A stretch of DNA of 32,000 bases from an uncultured Chloroflexia bacterium. GTDB lineage: Bacteria; Chloroflexota; Ktedonobacteria; Ktedonobacterales; JADMIN01. The notes beneath the pieces are model-generated. The model ran no database searches, had not been told where the DNA came from, and was given only the letters and a program-made list of their open reading frames with translations. Numbering within the stretch: the first letter of the stretch is position 1; the number at the start of each line of letters is the position of its first letter. Made by a program: the position numbers and the translations under genes. Where the stretch lies: positions 480,001 through 512,000 of the forward strand of contig CAVRAI010000015.1 of NCBI GenBank assembly GCA_963718915.1, written 5' to 3'. Shown in pieces: positions 8,443 through 16,946 of the stretch.

Positions 8443-8515
8443 CGCCGGAAGCTCAAAGGCCCCGGCCAATGGGCGGGGAAATTCGCCGTAGCGTTTACGC
8501 TACGGCACGCCTCTC
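8443..8515 (+). repeat. Dispersed hairpin repeat, family B, copy a
   Basis: GCGCCGGAAGC...CCAATGGGCGGGGAAATTC, then hairpin GCCGTAGCG-TTTA-CGCTACGGC (8485-8506). Related copies at 14569-14729 and 17114-17232. Confidence 0.7.
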
Positions 8516-8672
8516 TATGACAACGATCCAAACGGATGTCGTAAAATTGATGGTGAATCAGGGAACACGTATTCCCATCGGACACCAAATACTGTCAGCG
8601 CTGCCCCTTCCTCACTTCGGGGAGGGGGCGGCTATTGTCCGCGCGAGACGGCTCGTTTGCCCGGAGTGACCC

Positions 8673-9077
8673 ATGAGCGATTCCACGTCAGGCTATCCTG
8701 AGTTCCGCCGTCGGCTGGACGACGTGTTGCGCCAGCGCGATCCCACTGCCCTGCGCACATTCCTGATTGCCGAGGGCCAGTGGACGCCTGAGACCGCGAC
8801 CGATCCAGAGGCGGCGATGTGGATGATGATCGCCACCAGCCCGGCGCTGGCGAACCTGCGCGATGAGGCCCGCCAGTGGTTGATGGCGCATGGTCACGCG
8901 GGGGAGGCGCAGGCGATCTTTGGCGCGAAACACTCACCGGGCAAACCACCACATCGCAGCGGTGGACCGCCTGGCAAAGCGTCTGGCAAAGCGTCTGGCA
9001 AAGCGCCGACCAAAGGCGCATATGGCAACGCGAATAAACCGGGCAAAGGCCACGACGACAGACCTCCACGCGGCTAG
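8673..9077 (+). CDS. Hypothetical protein with basic Gly/Lys/Pro-rich tail
   Basis: 134 aa with a coding-like N-terminal half. The tail carries a 12-nt tandem repeat GGCAAAGCGTCT x ~2.9 (8973-9007, GKAS repeats). No family recognised. Confidence 0.55.
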   Translation: MSDSTSGYPEFRRRLDDVLRQRDPTALRTFLIAEGQWTPETATDPEAAMWMMIATSPALANLRDEARQWLMAHGHAGEAQAIFGAKHSPGKPPHRSGGPPGKASGKASGKAPTKGAYGNANKPGKGHDDRPPRG

Positions 9078-9085
9078 CGCGGCGG

Positions 9086-10027
9086 CTACGCCAGCCCGGC
9101 CTTGCGCGCAATCGCCAGCTTCTTCCATTCCAGCCGGAGCGTGGCGGCGTCCACCATCTCATCGTCGATGACCATCGCGCCCACGCCCTGCTCCACATCG
9201 GCGCGCGCGTAGGCGTCCAGGATGCGCTGCGCCCGCGCGATCTCCTCCGTTGTTGGCGTAAACGCCTCGTTGATGATCGCAACCTGCGACGGATGAATCG
9301 CCCACTTGCCGTCGAACCCCATCCGCGCCGCCATCTGGGCGTCACGCCGACACGCCTCCAGGTCGCGGATCGCCAGCGTCACGCCATCCACACAGGTGAT
9401 GCCCGCCGCGCGCGCCGCGACCACCGTCTTTGCCTTGGCATAGTTGTAGTAAAAGAACTGCTCCGCGCCGGTCTCCTGTGCGCCGATATCGCCCGCGAAA
9501 TCCACGATCCCAAAGACCAGCCCGCTCATGCGTGGAGTCGCGCGCGCGATCTGTTCGGCATGCAGGACGCCATCTGCCGACTCGATTAGCGCCTCGATGG
9601 TGATATGGCCGCGCGCCAGGCCCACCTGCTCCTCGATCTGACTCAGCAGCCGGTCGATGAAGAGCACATCCTCCGGCCCGTTGACCTTCGGGACGACGAC
9701 GCCATCCAGTGAGCCGCCCGCCGCCTCCACCACCTCGATCAGGTCGCGGTAGCAGAAGCGCGTACGCACGTTGTTGACGCGGAACGTGCGAATCTTGCCG
9801 CCGAATTCGAGTGTCCGTAGCGCCTCGATGACCGTCGCGCGGCCCGCCTCCTTCTGCGAGACGGCGAGGGCATCCTCCAGGTCGAAGATGACCTGGTCGG
9901 CATCCGATGCCGCCGCCTTCGCCATCTTCGCCGATGAGTTGCCTGGACAAACCAGCTCGGAACGACGAATGCGAAACTCTTTGGCAATCACCAACTGGTG
10001 TATCGTTGCGCCGTCCTGCTCGCCCAT
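9086..10027 (-). CDS. HpcH/HpaI aldolase / citrate lyase beta (CitE) / malyl-CoA lyase family protein
   Basis: RRSELVCPGN...DQVIFDLEDA...EALIE...VFGIVDFAGDIG match CitE-like lyase motifs. The minus-strand RBS reads GGAGAAGAAAGG, and a TATAAT lies at 10056-10061 (minus). Confidence 0.8.
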   Translation of the reverse strand: MGEQDGATIHQLVIAKEFRIRRSELVCPGNSSAKMAKAAASDADQVIFDLEDALAVSQKEAGRATVIEALRTLEFGGKIRTFRVNNVRTRFCYRDLIEVVEAAGGSLDGVVVPKVNGPEDVLFIDRLLSQIEEQVGLARGHITIEALIESADGVLHAEQIARATPRMSGLVFGIVDFAGDIGAQETGAEQFFYYNYAKAKTVVAARAAGITCVDGVTLAIRDLEACRRDAQMAARMGFDGKWAIHPSQVAIINEAFTPTTEEIARAQRILDAYARADVEQGVGAMVIDDEMVDAATLRLEWKKLAIARKAGLA

Positions 10028-10309
10028 CTCGTCTCGCCTTTCTTCTCCGGACGCTATTATAGCTCAATGCCCGGAAATGGCGCTTCCCCTGGATTTTGGT
10101 GTTGCATAGACATTTTATCATGCTGGCACGAGGTCGTTACCTGGCAGACGCAATGCATTCATGACGAGTTCTGCATCATCGTGTCATGGAAAGCATTATG
10201 GACTACGAGTAAATACCTATGGACATTACCAGGGAATGACTGTATGCTTTGCCCACCAAGGAAACTCTGCAATACAGAGAAAGGAGGTTAAAAGCTTGGA
10301 GTGAGTTGA

Positions 10310-10416
10310 GGACGACCCACGCATCGCAGGACGACCCACGCATCGCAGGACGACCCACGCATCGCAGGACGACCCACGCATCGCAGGACGACCCACGCAT
10401 CGCAGGACGACCCACG
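10310..10416. repeat. Perfect 19-nt tandem direct repeat GGACGACCCACGCATCGCA, 5.6 copies
   Basis: Copies start at 10310, 10329, 10348, 10367 and 10386, with a 12-nt partial copy at 10405. There are no spacers and I see no mismatches. Confidence 0.95.
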
Positions 10417-10420
10417 AAAT

Positions 10421-10445
10421 ATCACGCTTATATATAGCGCGTGAT
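10421..10445. other. Inverted repeat/hairpin directly after the tandem array
   Basis: ATCACGC (10421-10427) pairs with GCGTGAT (10439-10445) around an AT-rich 11-nt loop, TTATATATAGC. Confidence 0.6.
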
Positions 10446-10794
10446 CTGCAGTGCGACGTGTAACTGTAGCATGAAAGGATCGTACGCATGCCTAGATTTA
10501 AGGTATCCGGATCGGCGTTTGAAAACAACCACCCTGGAGATTGAGGTAATTCGGCTTGGCCGAGACTCTTACTGGCGCTTTTCCTCGGCCTCAGCCTTGC
10601 TATGGGATGCGCGCTGGCGTTACCTTCGACGGTGCAGGCACGGCCACTCTACTCCTGTGGGAGTGCGGGAGTGGGTCCTCATTGCTATGCCTACGCCGTC
10701 ACGTACAACATAACCAATGCGCAAGGTGCCACAACCAAGATATTGGTAGTACAACTTCACTGAAGTTGCCCCGGTTTAGTGGACAGTTTCTTGG

Positions 10795-11724
10795 TTAGGC
10801 GACAACCGCTGGTTGGATGATCCACCTCCGTTCAAATTCGTCAGGTGACAGGTAGCCGAGCGCCGAATGCCGACGTTGCCGATTGTAGAAGACCTCAAGG
10901 TACTCAAACAACGCGGTGCGAGCCACAAGGTGGGTGGGGAAGGGCTGGCGCGCCAGCAGTTCGCATTCCAGGGTCGCAAAGAAACTCTCCGCCATGGCGT
11001 TGTCGTAGCAAGCGCCGACCGCGCCCATCGAGCAGCGGATGCCCACCGCCTGACAGCGTTCGCCAAAGAGCAGCGAGGTGTACTGGGAGCCATGGTCCGA
11101 ATGGTGAATAACGCCTTCCCCCGGCTGGCGATTCCAGACCGCCATCTCCAGCGCGCTGACGACCAATTCGGCGCGCAGATGCGCCGCCATCGCCCAACCT
11201 ACCACGCGCCGACTGTACACGTCGAGGATGACCGCCAGATACAAAAAGCCCTCACGACTGGTCGGGATGTAGGTGATATCGGCGATCCAGAGCTGGTTGG
11301 GCGCGCTCGCCACGAATTGGCGCTGGACCAGATCAGGCGCGGCCTCGGCCTGCGGGTCGCGCGCTGTCGTCCGTTCCGTACGACGGCGGTGACAACCAAC
11401 CAGACCTGCCCGGCGCATCAGGCGCGCCACCCGCTTGCGCCCACAGCACATCCCCGCTGCCTGCAGTGCGGCATGGATACGCGGCGCGCCATAGGTTCCG
11501 CGACTCGCTTGGTGAATCGTCCGAATGCGCTCGGTGAGGTGCTGGTTGGCACTGGTACGCGCAGCGGGCGGTCGCTTGCGCCAGGCCCAGTAGCCGCTGG
11601 AGGCGACTCCCAGGACACGGCACATCCGTCGGACGGCATGGTTCGCCTTCTCCCGCTCAATCAACGCATAGGCGCTCACCGGGACGAGGTGTTCTCCTGC
11701 GCGAAGAAGGCTGCGGCTTTTTTT
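10795..11724 (-). CDS. IS3-family transposase OrfB (DDE integrase core), expressed as an OrfAB fusion by -1 frameshift
   Basis: Slippery A AAA AAA at 11718-11724 (minus). The -1 frame is open from there with no stops by my hand translation. DDE-type motifs WIADITYI..., HHSDHGSQYTS and YDNAMAESFF are present. Confidence 0.85.
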   Translation of the reverse strand, partial: KKSRSLLRAGEHLVPVSAYALIEREKANHAVRRMCRVLGVASSGYWAWRKRPPAARTSANQHLTERIRTIHQASRGTYGAPRIHAALQAAGMCCGRKRVARLMRRAGLVGCHRRRTERTTARDPQAEAAPDLVQRQFVASAPNQLWIADITYIPTSREGFLYLAVILDVYSRRVVGWAMAAHLRAELVVSALEMAVWNRQPGEGVIHHSDHGSQYTSLLFGERCQAVGIRCSMGAVGACYDNAMAESFFATLECELLARQPFPTHLVARTALFEYLEVFYNRQRRHSALGYLSPDEFERRWIIQPAVVA

Positions 11725-11969
11725 AAGATCTCGCGCTCCTCGCGCAGGATGCGGTTCTCGCGCCGCAGACGCCGCAACTCCTCCAGTTCCTCGCTCGTCA
11801 ACCCATCACTGCGCGTGCCTGCATCGAGGTCAGCCTGTTTGAGCCACAGCCGTAACGTCTCGACACTCATGCCCAATTCGCGGGCAATCACGGTCTGCGG
11901 CTTCCCGCTCGTGCGCGCCAACTGGATCGCTTCGGCGCGAAACTCCGGCGGATACTTTCGAGTCGTCAT
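11676..11969 (-). CDS. IS3-family transposase OrfA (HTH)
   Basis: MTTRKYPPEFRAEAIQLARTSGK...LRRENRILREEREILKKAAAFF is a typical IS3 OrfA with a leucine-zipper end. AAGGAGGTG RBS precedes ATG 11969. Confidence 0.9.
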   Translation of the reverse strand: MTTRKYPPEFRAEAIQLARTSGKPQTVIARELGMSVETLRLWLKQADLDAGTRSDGLTSEELEELRRLRRENRILREEREILKKAAAFFAQENTSSR

Positions 11970-12100
11970 GGACACACCTCCTTGGGCTCTGTACCCCAAG
12001 TCTACAAGTGTCCATCAAACCGGGTCAACTCCAGTTGACTTTGGATGGGGTGCAATGGCGTGCGCAACATGCTCTCATGGTAGAGGAGGCAGAGCGCCAT

Positions 12101-13114
12101 GTGTGGTCGGGAATGCATACTTGGCTTGATGGATCCGCTAAAAAAGACTGGGCAAATCGGCATGGTGAACGTGAGCGCGAGATGGAGGATCAACTCATGG
12201 ATCAGGAAGCGGGTGACAACGGTTTCCATCGAACTGGACAAGCGCTTAAAGTTAGAGATCCTCTAATTGATAGACCACGGGCGTCATTACCCCAGCCGTG
12301 GAGATACCTTGGCCTGGTTGCGGCTGCGGCGGTTTTGCTCGTGTCAGTGCTCGGTACCGTGATCGTACTCAACCGGGCTCCTTCCCAGAGGAGCATTAAG
12401 CCACCAAGCCTCTGGGCTTGGTCGCACCAGTCTGCGTCTGACAGCAAGACACCACAGGAGGCGTTCGCGACGGATGTGCAATTGACGCCGTGTGTCGGCA
12501 CGTCTTCCGACACGGGTAACGGCGCACCTCCTCAAACAGCGACTACCACGTGGCTCGATGCGGGCCGCGATTATGGATTGGCCCTTATCGACGTCACTTG
12601 TCCAGATCAAGCGCGACCTTATGCAATCTGGCTTTTTTCACTTGGACGCGATGATCAGCAACGGTGGATTCCTCAGACTGGATACTCTGTGAGTACCCGC
12701 AACTCTGGAAGCCAAGGAGGCACACTGGTTCCGTCAAGTTCCACGGCTGTCTCAGATGTACAAGAGCCTTCGTGGCTTCCCTTACCTCCCGACTCCTACA
12801 TCGGACTTAGGCTGCCAGGACCAACGGGACTCAATCCGCCAGCGAGCGTCGCGGCTTGGTACTCATCGTCGCGCACCTTCGTCTTTGGCCACATCGACGA
12901 TCCAGCGACGAGACCAGCTGATGCGACATCCATTCAGATGAGCGGTCAGATTGGATGGATAGCCGAAGAGAACGGCATGGTCATAGTCACACTGCCTCTC
13001 ACCGATGGCACAACCGGCTTCTTCGCGGGAACAGACACAACCTCACAGGTCGAAAACTTGGCCGCACTCGCCTTCTCCCATATGGATGACGTGCTTCCTC
13101 CGCTCCCGCACTGA
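12101..13114 (+). CDS. Membrane-anchored hypothetical protein (start uncertain)
   Basis: ORF 12008..13114 begins inside the IS terminal repeat, so a downstream start is likelier: GTG 12101 after GAGGAGG at 12083-12089, or ATG 12113/12182. One TM helix (YLGLVAAAAVLLVSVLGTVIVL), then a Ser/Thr/Pro-rich extracytoplasmic domain. Lower GC than the flanks. Confidence 0.55.
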   Translation: MWSGMHTWLDGSAKKDWANRHGEREREMEDQLMDQEAGDNGFHRTGQALKVRDPLIDRPRASLPQPWRYLGLVAAAAVLLVSVLGTVIVLNRAPSQRSIKPPSLWAWSHQSASDSKTPQEAFATDVQLTPCVGTSSDTGNGAPPQTATTTWLDAGRDYGLALIDVTCPDQARPYAIWLFSLGRDDQQRWIPQTGYSVSTRNSGSQGGTLVPSSSTAVSDVQEPSWLPLPPDSYIGLRLPGPTGLNPPASVAAWYSSSRTFVFGHIDDPATRPADATSIQMSGQIGWIAEENGMVIVTLPLTDGTTGFFAGTDTTSQVENLAALAFSHMDDVLPPLPH

Positions 13115-13135
13115 GCCTGAGAGGTAAATCGCGGA

Positions 13136-14485
13136 CTACAAACGCGGCGTGACGCGCAGTGGCATGCCATTGGGCAGCGCCGCGACCGGGCTGTAATAGA
13201 CATGCTGAATCTCGTCTCCGGGAACAGGCGTCAGCATATAGTGGCGCAGGATGTGCGCGGCCATCGCCTTGACCTCGACCTGGGCGAAGTTGATGCCGAT
13301 GCAGATACGCGGGCCGCCGCCAAAGGTGACGAGCGCGTAGGGCGTGCGCTTGTCCTCCTCGCGCGGCGGAGCGAAGCGGTCGGGGTCGAAGACATCGGGG
13401 TTGGCGAAGACCTCTGGCAATCGGTGACACGCCGCCAGCGAGAGCAGCACGCGCGATCCAGCGGGAACGCGATAGCCGCCGAACTCGAAATCTTTGACGA
13501 CGCCACGCGGCACATTGCCGACGGGCGAGTAGAGCCGTCCCGCCTCATCCACCGTGTGGCCCAGCAGTCGCATTGCCTTGATGGTGTCCATCGTGATCTC
13601 ATCGTCGGTGGCTACCAGCGCCTCATCCATCTCAGTATGGACCCGCGCCAGAATATCGGGGTGTGTCGCCAGCAGGTAGAGCAGCCACGCGCTCAGGGTC
13701 GTCGTCGTCTCGTGGCCCGCCACCAGCAGAATGTGGAGCTGGCCCAACAGCTCGCGGTCGCTGAAAGGCGCGCTCTGCTCATCGCCCGCCTTGACCAGCA
13801 TGCCCAGAATATCATCGGTGGGCTCCTGGCGGCGTTCGGCGATCCGGGCCACCAGCAGCGCATCCAGCTCGGCGCGGATACCCATCATCCGCGTGACGTA
13901 GTCGGCCATGGTCTCGCCCTCTTCGAGGTCGGACTTCATCAGCGCGTAGAACAGCTCGCGCAGATGGTCTACCTCGGCCCCGGTGTGCAGGCCAACCAGG
14001 CACTCCGCCGCCACATCGAAGGTGATCTTGCGCGTCTCGGCATACATATCGACCTCGCCGCGCTCCACCCAGTCGCGGCTGCGCTCGGCAATCACGCGAT
14101 TCATGATGGGCAGATAGCGGTTCATATAGGCGATGACGAACGCCGGATTCATCAGTTTGCGCTGGCGGGCGTGCTCCGGATCGTCGGTATTGAGCAGGCC
14201 TTTTTCGAAGATGCCGCCGAGCGTAGGTGTCCAGCCGAGATCGTGGCTGAAGTGGTCGCGGTGTGAGTGCATCACAAAGCGGTTGGCGTCTGGGCCAACC
14301 ATGAAGACAAGCCACCGTCCAAAGATGTCTCGTCCGCCCTCGCCAACCTCGGCGCGAAAGATGGGGCCAAGCCTCTGCGCCTCCCGCGCCAGCAGCGTTG
14401 GCATGGTGAACGGGTAGTCGTCGAGGCGCGTAATGATGGGCATCTCGTCGAAAGGCTTGGCGGCTGTCTGGGTCTCTATGCTCAT
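13136..14485 (-). CDS. Cytochrome P450
   Basis: Heme-binding loop FGGGPRICIGINFA and I-helix VAGHETTT. Confidence 0.9.
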   Translation of the reverse strand: MSIETQTAAKPFDEMPIITRLDDYPFTMPTLLAREAQRLGPIFRAEVGEGGRDIFGRWLVFMVGPDANRFVMHSHRDHFSHDLGWTPTLGGIFEKGLLNTDDPEHARQRKLMNPAFVIAYMNRYLPIMNRVIAERSRDWVERGEVDMYAETRKITFDVAAECLVGLHTGAEVDHLRELFYALMKSDLEEGETMADYVTRMMGIRAELDALLVARIAERRQEPTDDILGMLVKAGDEQSAPFSDRELLGQLHILLVAGHETTTTLSAWLLYLLATHPDILARVHTEMDEALVATDDEITMDTIKAMRLLGHTVDEAGRLYSPVGNVPRGVVKDFEFGGYRVPAGSRVLLSLAACHRLPEVFANPDVFDPDRFAPPREEDKRTPYALVTFGGGPRICIGINFAQVEVKAMAAHILRHYMLTPVPGDEIQHVYYSPVAALPNGMPLRVTPRL

Positions 14486-14568
14486 GGGTTATGTCACTTT
14501 CCGGTGAGTGTGCGGTTGTTTCCCTCTCAGTATCACAGCAAGTCCGTTGAGATAGATGCTGGGAGTTG

Positions 14569-14729
14569 CTTGCCGGAGCATAAATGCCCCGGCGAATTGC
14601 CCCACTCCGCCCCCACCAGCGCATATCGTCGCAGGCGCCCATTCGCCGGAGCGTTCACGCTACGGCTTGCTCACCCCACCGCACTGTCCGTGTCCGTGTC
14701 CGTCGCACATGCAAAAACCACATCATGCC
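14569..14729 (+). repeat. Dispersed hairpin repeat, family B, copy b
   Basis: TGCCGGAGC...ATTCGCCGGAGCGTTCACGCTACGGCTTGCTCACCCCACCGCA...CGCACATGC...CATCATGCC is collinear with 17114-17232. Confidence 0.7.
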
Positions 14730-14789
14730 ACGGCCCTGCGCCCGCAGAGTACTACGAGATGATTTGGTGTGGGGTTTGGGCCGCGCGCC

Positions 14790-16163
14790 TCAACTGACCA
14801 CCTCGAATGAGGCAAATTCGTCGCCAATGCGAATCTGGTCGCCTGAATGCAGCACGCGCGGACGCTTGATCTTCTGCCCGTTGACCTGTGTGCCGTTGGA
14901 GCTGCCAGCGTCTTCGATGGACCACTGGCCGTTGTGGAAGATGAGGCGCGCGTGGTTCCGCGAGACGGTGCCGTCGAGAATCAGCACATCGTTGCCGGTC
15001 GTGCGCCCGATGGTCGTGACATCCTGATGGAGCATGAAGCTGCGTCCGGCCAGCACCCCGTTGAGGAAGGTCAGCCGACAGCGTAACGGGTGCCCGTTTT
15101 GGCCGAGGAAGCGATCAACCTGGGCGCGCCCGCCGGAGAGATCATAGCCGCAGTAGGTGCAGAAGCGGTTCTGCTGGTTGCTCACCGTCCCACAGCGGTA
15201 ACAGGCGTCAGCGGGACGGCCATCTCCGGGCGGGGGCGCTATGGCTGGCGGAGGTATGGCCGGGACCACGGTGGCGACCCTGGCGGTGGGCGTGGCCATC
15301 CGCGCGGTGCGGTTGCCCTGCTTGAACGCGACCTGCGCCTCGGCCAGGTCGGCGGCCATCTCGCCAGCCCGCTGGTAGCGTGCGCGGGGGTCTTTTGCCA
15401 TGGCCCGCACGATGATGCTGGAGACGGCGGGCGGCAGGTCAGGATTAAACATGGTTGGCGCGGCCAGCGGCTCGTTGATTTGTTTCTGGATGATGGCGGC
15501 GGGCGACTCGGCGTAGAAAGGGAGCCGATTCGTTACGGCCTGATAGAGCACGACACCCAGCGCATAGATATCGGATCGCCCATCCACTCCGGCGTTGGGG
15601 ACACCCTGTTCCGGCGCCATATATTGCGGCGTGCCGACGCCGACGCTGCCACGGTGGCTCGATGCGTTGGCGGCGAGCATGGTGGCGATGCCAAAGTCGG
15701 AGAGCAGCATGTGCTCTTCGGTGCGCAGCAGCATATTGGCGGGCTTCACATCGCGGTGGATCACCTTCATGCTGTGGGCGTAGTCGAGCGCGTTGGCCGC
15801 CTGTTCGCAGATCTTGAGCACCCACCAGAGCGGCGCGAGTGTGCGGGTGGATTCGGCGGTCGCCAGGCGGTCGCGCAGGGTGCCGCCGGTCACGAACTCC
15901 ATGACGATGTAGGCCCAGCCGTTCTCGTCGCCAGAATCGAAGATGGGCAGAATATTCTGGTGCGCGAGCTTGGCGATCAGTTTCGCCTCCTGCTCGAAGC
16001 GCGCGATCATATGGCGGTCGCTGCCATGCGTGGGGATCGTTTTGATGGCGACATAGCGCTCCAGCTTCGCCTGGTATCCACGGTAGACGCGCGCCATACC
16101 GCCCACGCCGATCTGGTCCAGGACGCGATATTGTCCGAGATAGCGATCCTTTGGGCCGCTCAT
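14790..16163 (-). CDS. Ser/Thr protein kinase with C-terminal zinc-ribbon and FHA domain
   Basis: GVGGMARVY, VAIK, HRDVKPAN, DFG and APE kinase motifs. CYRCG...CTYCG zinc ribbon. FHA-like end TIGR...NDVLILDGTVSRNHARL...DAGSSNGTQVNG. GGGGAGG RBS precedes ATG 16163. Confidence 0.9.
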   Translation of the reverse strand: MSGPKDRYLGQYRVLDQIGVGGMARVYRGYQAKLERYVAIKTIPTHGSDRHMIARFEQEAKLIAKLAHQNILPIFDSGDENGWAYIVMEFVTGGTLRDRLATAESTRTLAPLWWVLKICEQAANALDYAHSMKVIHRDVKPANMLLRTEEHMLLSDFGIATMLAANASSHRGSVGVGTPQYMAPEQGVPNAGVDGRSDIYALGVVLYQAVTNRLPFYAESPAAIIQKQINEPLAAPTMFNPDLPPAVSSIIVRAMAKDPRARYQRAGEMAADLAEAQVAFKQGNRTARMATPTARVATVVPAIPPPAIAPPPGDGRPADACYRCGTVSNQQNRFCTYCGYDLSGGRAQVDRFLGQNGHPLRCRLTFLNGVLAGRSFMLHQDVTTIGRTTGNDVLILDGTVSRNHARLIFHNGQWSIEDAGSSNGTQVNGQKIKRPRVLHSGDQIRIGDEFASFEVVS

Positions 16164-16210
16164 GTCCGCCTCCCCAGGGGTAGAGCCTTGCCGCTGGCTC
16201 CCTGCGAACA

Positions 16211-16240
16211 ATTATACGCGATGGGTATCGCTCGCGTCAG
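16211..16240 (-). promoter_or_regulatory. Putative promoter of the kinase/FHA gene
   Basis: Minus strand reads CTGACG (16240-16235), an 18-nt spacer, then TATAAT (16216-16211). Confidence 0.4.
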
Positions 16241-16368
16241 TGGCATAGGAGACACCTGAGATGCACGGGTAGATGATGGTGTTTTGACGGGATACTCTCG
16301 GTCAAGAACGCGGGGGTGAATGTCGTTTAACAATGTGATTGGGTAATACGTGTGCTCGCGGCAGCGCG

Positions 16369-16423
16369 GGCGGTTGAAACCGCGCCTGAAGGGCCTGCGG
16401 CCACCAAGTCCGCCTGCGTGGAC
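16369..16423 (-). repeat. Family A repeat, copy b
   Basis: The reverse complement reads GTCCAC-GCAG-GCGGAC TTGGTGGCCGCAGGCCCTTCAGGCGCGGTTTCAACCGCC. Confidence 0.8.
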
Positions 16424-16598
16424 TGCCCAGACCGTGTCCCAACGCGCTACCCGCTGGCGAGCGGATCGCTGCAACCCGTGGTGGCGAGTGGTCGCTGATG
16501 TCTGCGGGAACAATGTACTCAAGGTGAAGCCCTGCGGCTAATCTGTGCGCCCAGTTCCCGCATGTTGGGACACGGAAGCACCCAACAAGTGGGTCTGC

Positions 16599-16655
16599 AA
16601 ACCTGCGCAGGCAGGTTTCGTGGCCGCAGGCCGTTCAGGCGCGGTTTTAACCGCC
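16599..16655 (+). repeat. Family A repeat, copy c
   Basis: AAACCTGC-GCAG-GCAGGTTT hairpin, then CGTGGCCGCAGGCCGTTCAGGCGCGGTTTTAACCGCC. Confidence 0.8.
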
Positions 16656-16733
16656 TGCCGCCCATTTCCGACTGGAGGCGCCCGCCGAGAATAGTCAGGC
16701 AGCAGAAACACCCACCATTCCCGGAGGCATAAC

Positions 16734-16943
16734 ATGGCAACACAGGGCAATCGCAGAAAGTTGGAGCAGATCGAGCGGACGCTGGAACGTCAGTGGCGCA
16801 GTCTCGCGCTCGCCGAGCAGCGCGGCCAGCCCAACGCTGTCCTCGAGCGGATGTACGCCGCCTATCTGCGCACGCTCGACGCCTATATCGTCTGCGCCCG
16901 CGCGCATGTCGGTAAGGAAGCCGTCAGCCGCCTCGCCTCGTAG
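16734..16943 (+). CDS. Small helical hypothetical protein (69 aa)
   Basis: GGAGG at 16722-16726 lies 7 nt before the ATG. The composition is coding-like with charged helices (KLEQIERTLERQWRSLALAEQRG...). No family recognised. Confidence 0.5.
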   Translation: MATQGNRRKLEQIERTLERQWRSLALAEQRGQPNAVLERMYAAYLRTLDAYIVCARAHVGKEAVSRLAS

Positions 16944-16946
16944 GCT

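Larger units (their letters stand above)
10761..12033 (-). mobile_element. IS3-family insertion sequence (1273 bp)
   Basis: Terminal inverted repeats TGAAGTTGCCCCGGTTTAGTGGACA (10761-10785) and the reverse complement of 12009-12033, TGGAGTTGACCCGGTTTGATGGACA, match at 21/25 positions with TG...CA ends. The element carries orfA/orfB with an A7 slippery site. Confidence 0.9.

Noticed and set aside
10310-10416. Possible CRISPR array
   Set aside because: The repeats are directly adjacent with no spacers, the unit is only 19 nt, and no cas genes are present.
10867-12129. 420-aa plus-strand ORF across the IS element. Similar long antisense or out-of-frame ORFs lie at 628..1545, 13202..14266, 15090..16259, 20371..21705 and 25544..26275.
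   Set aside because: They lie opposite or out of frame to genes with clear family motifs and are Arg/Gly/Pro-rich. They are GC-driven artefacts.
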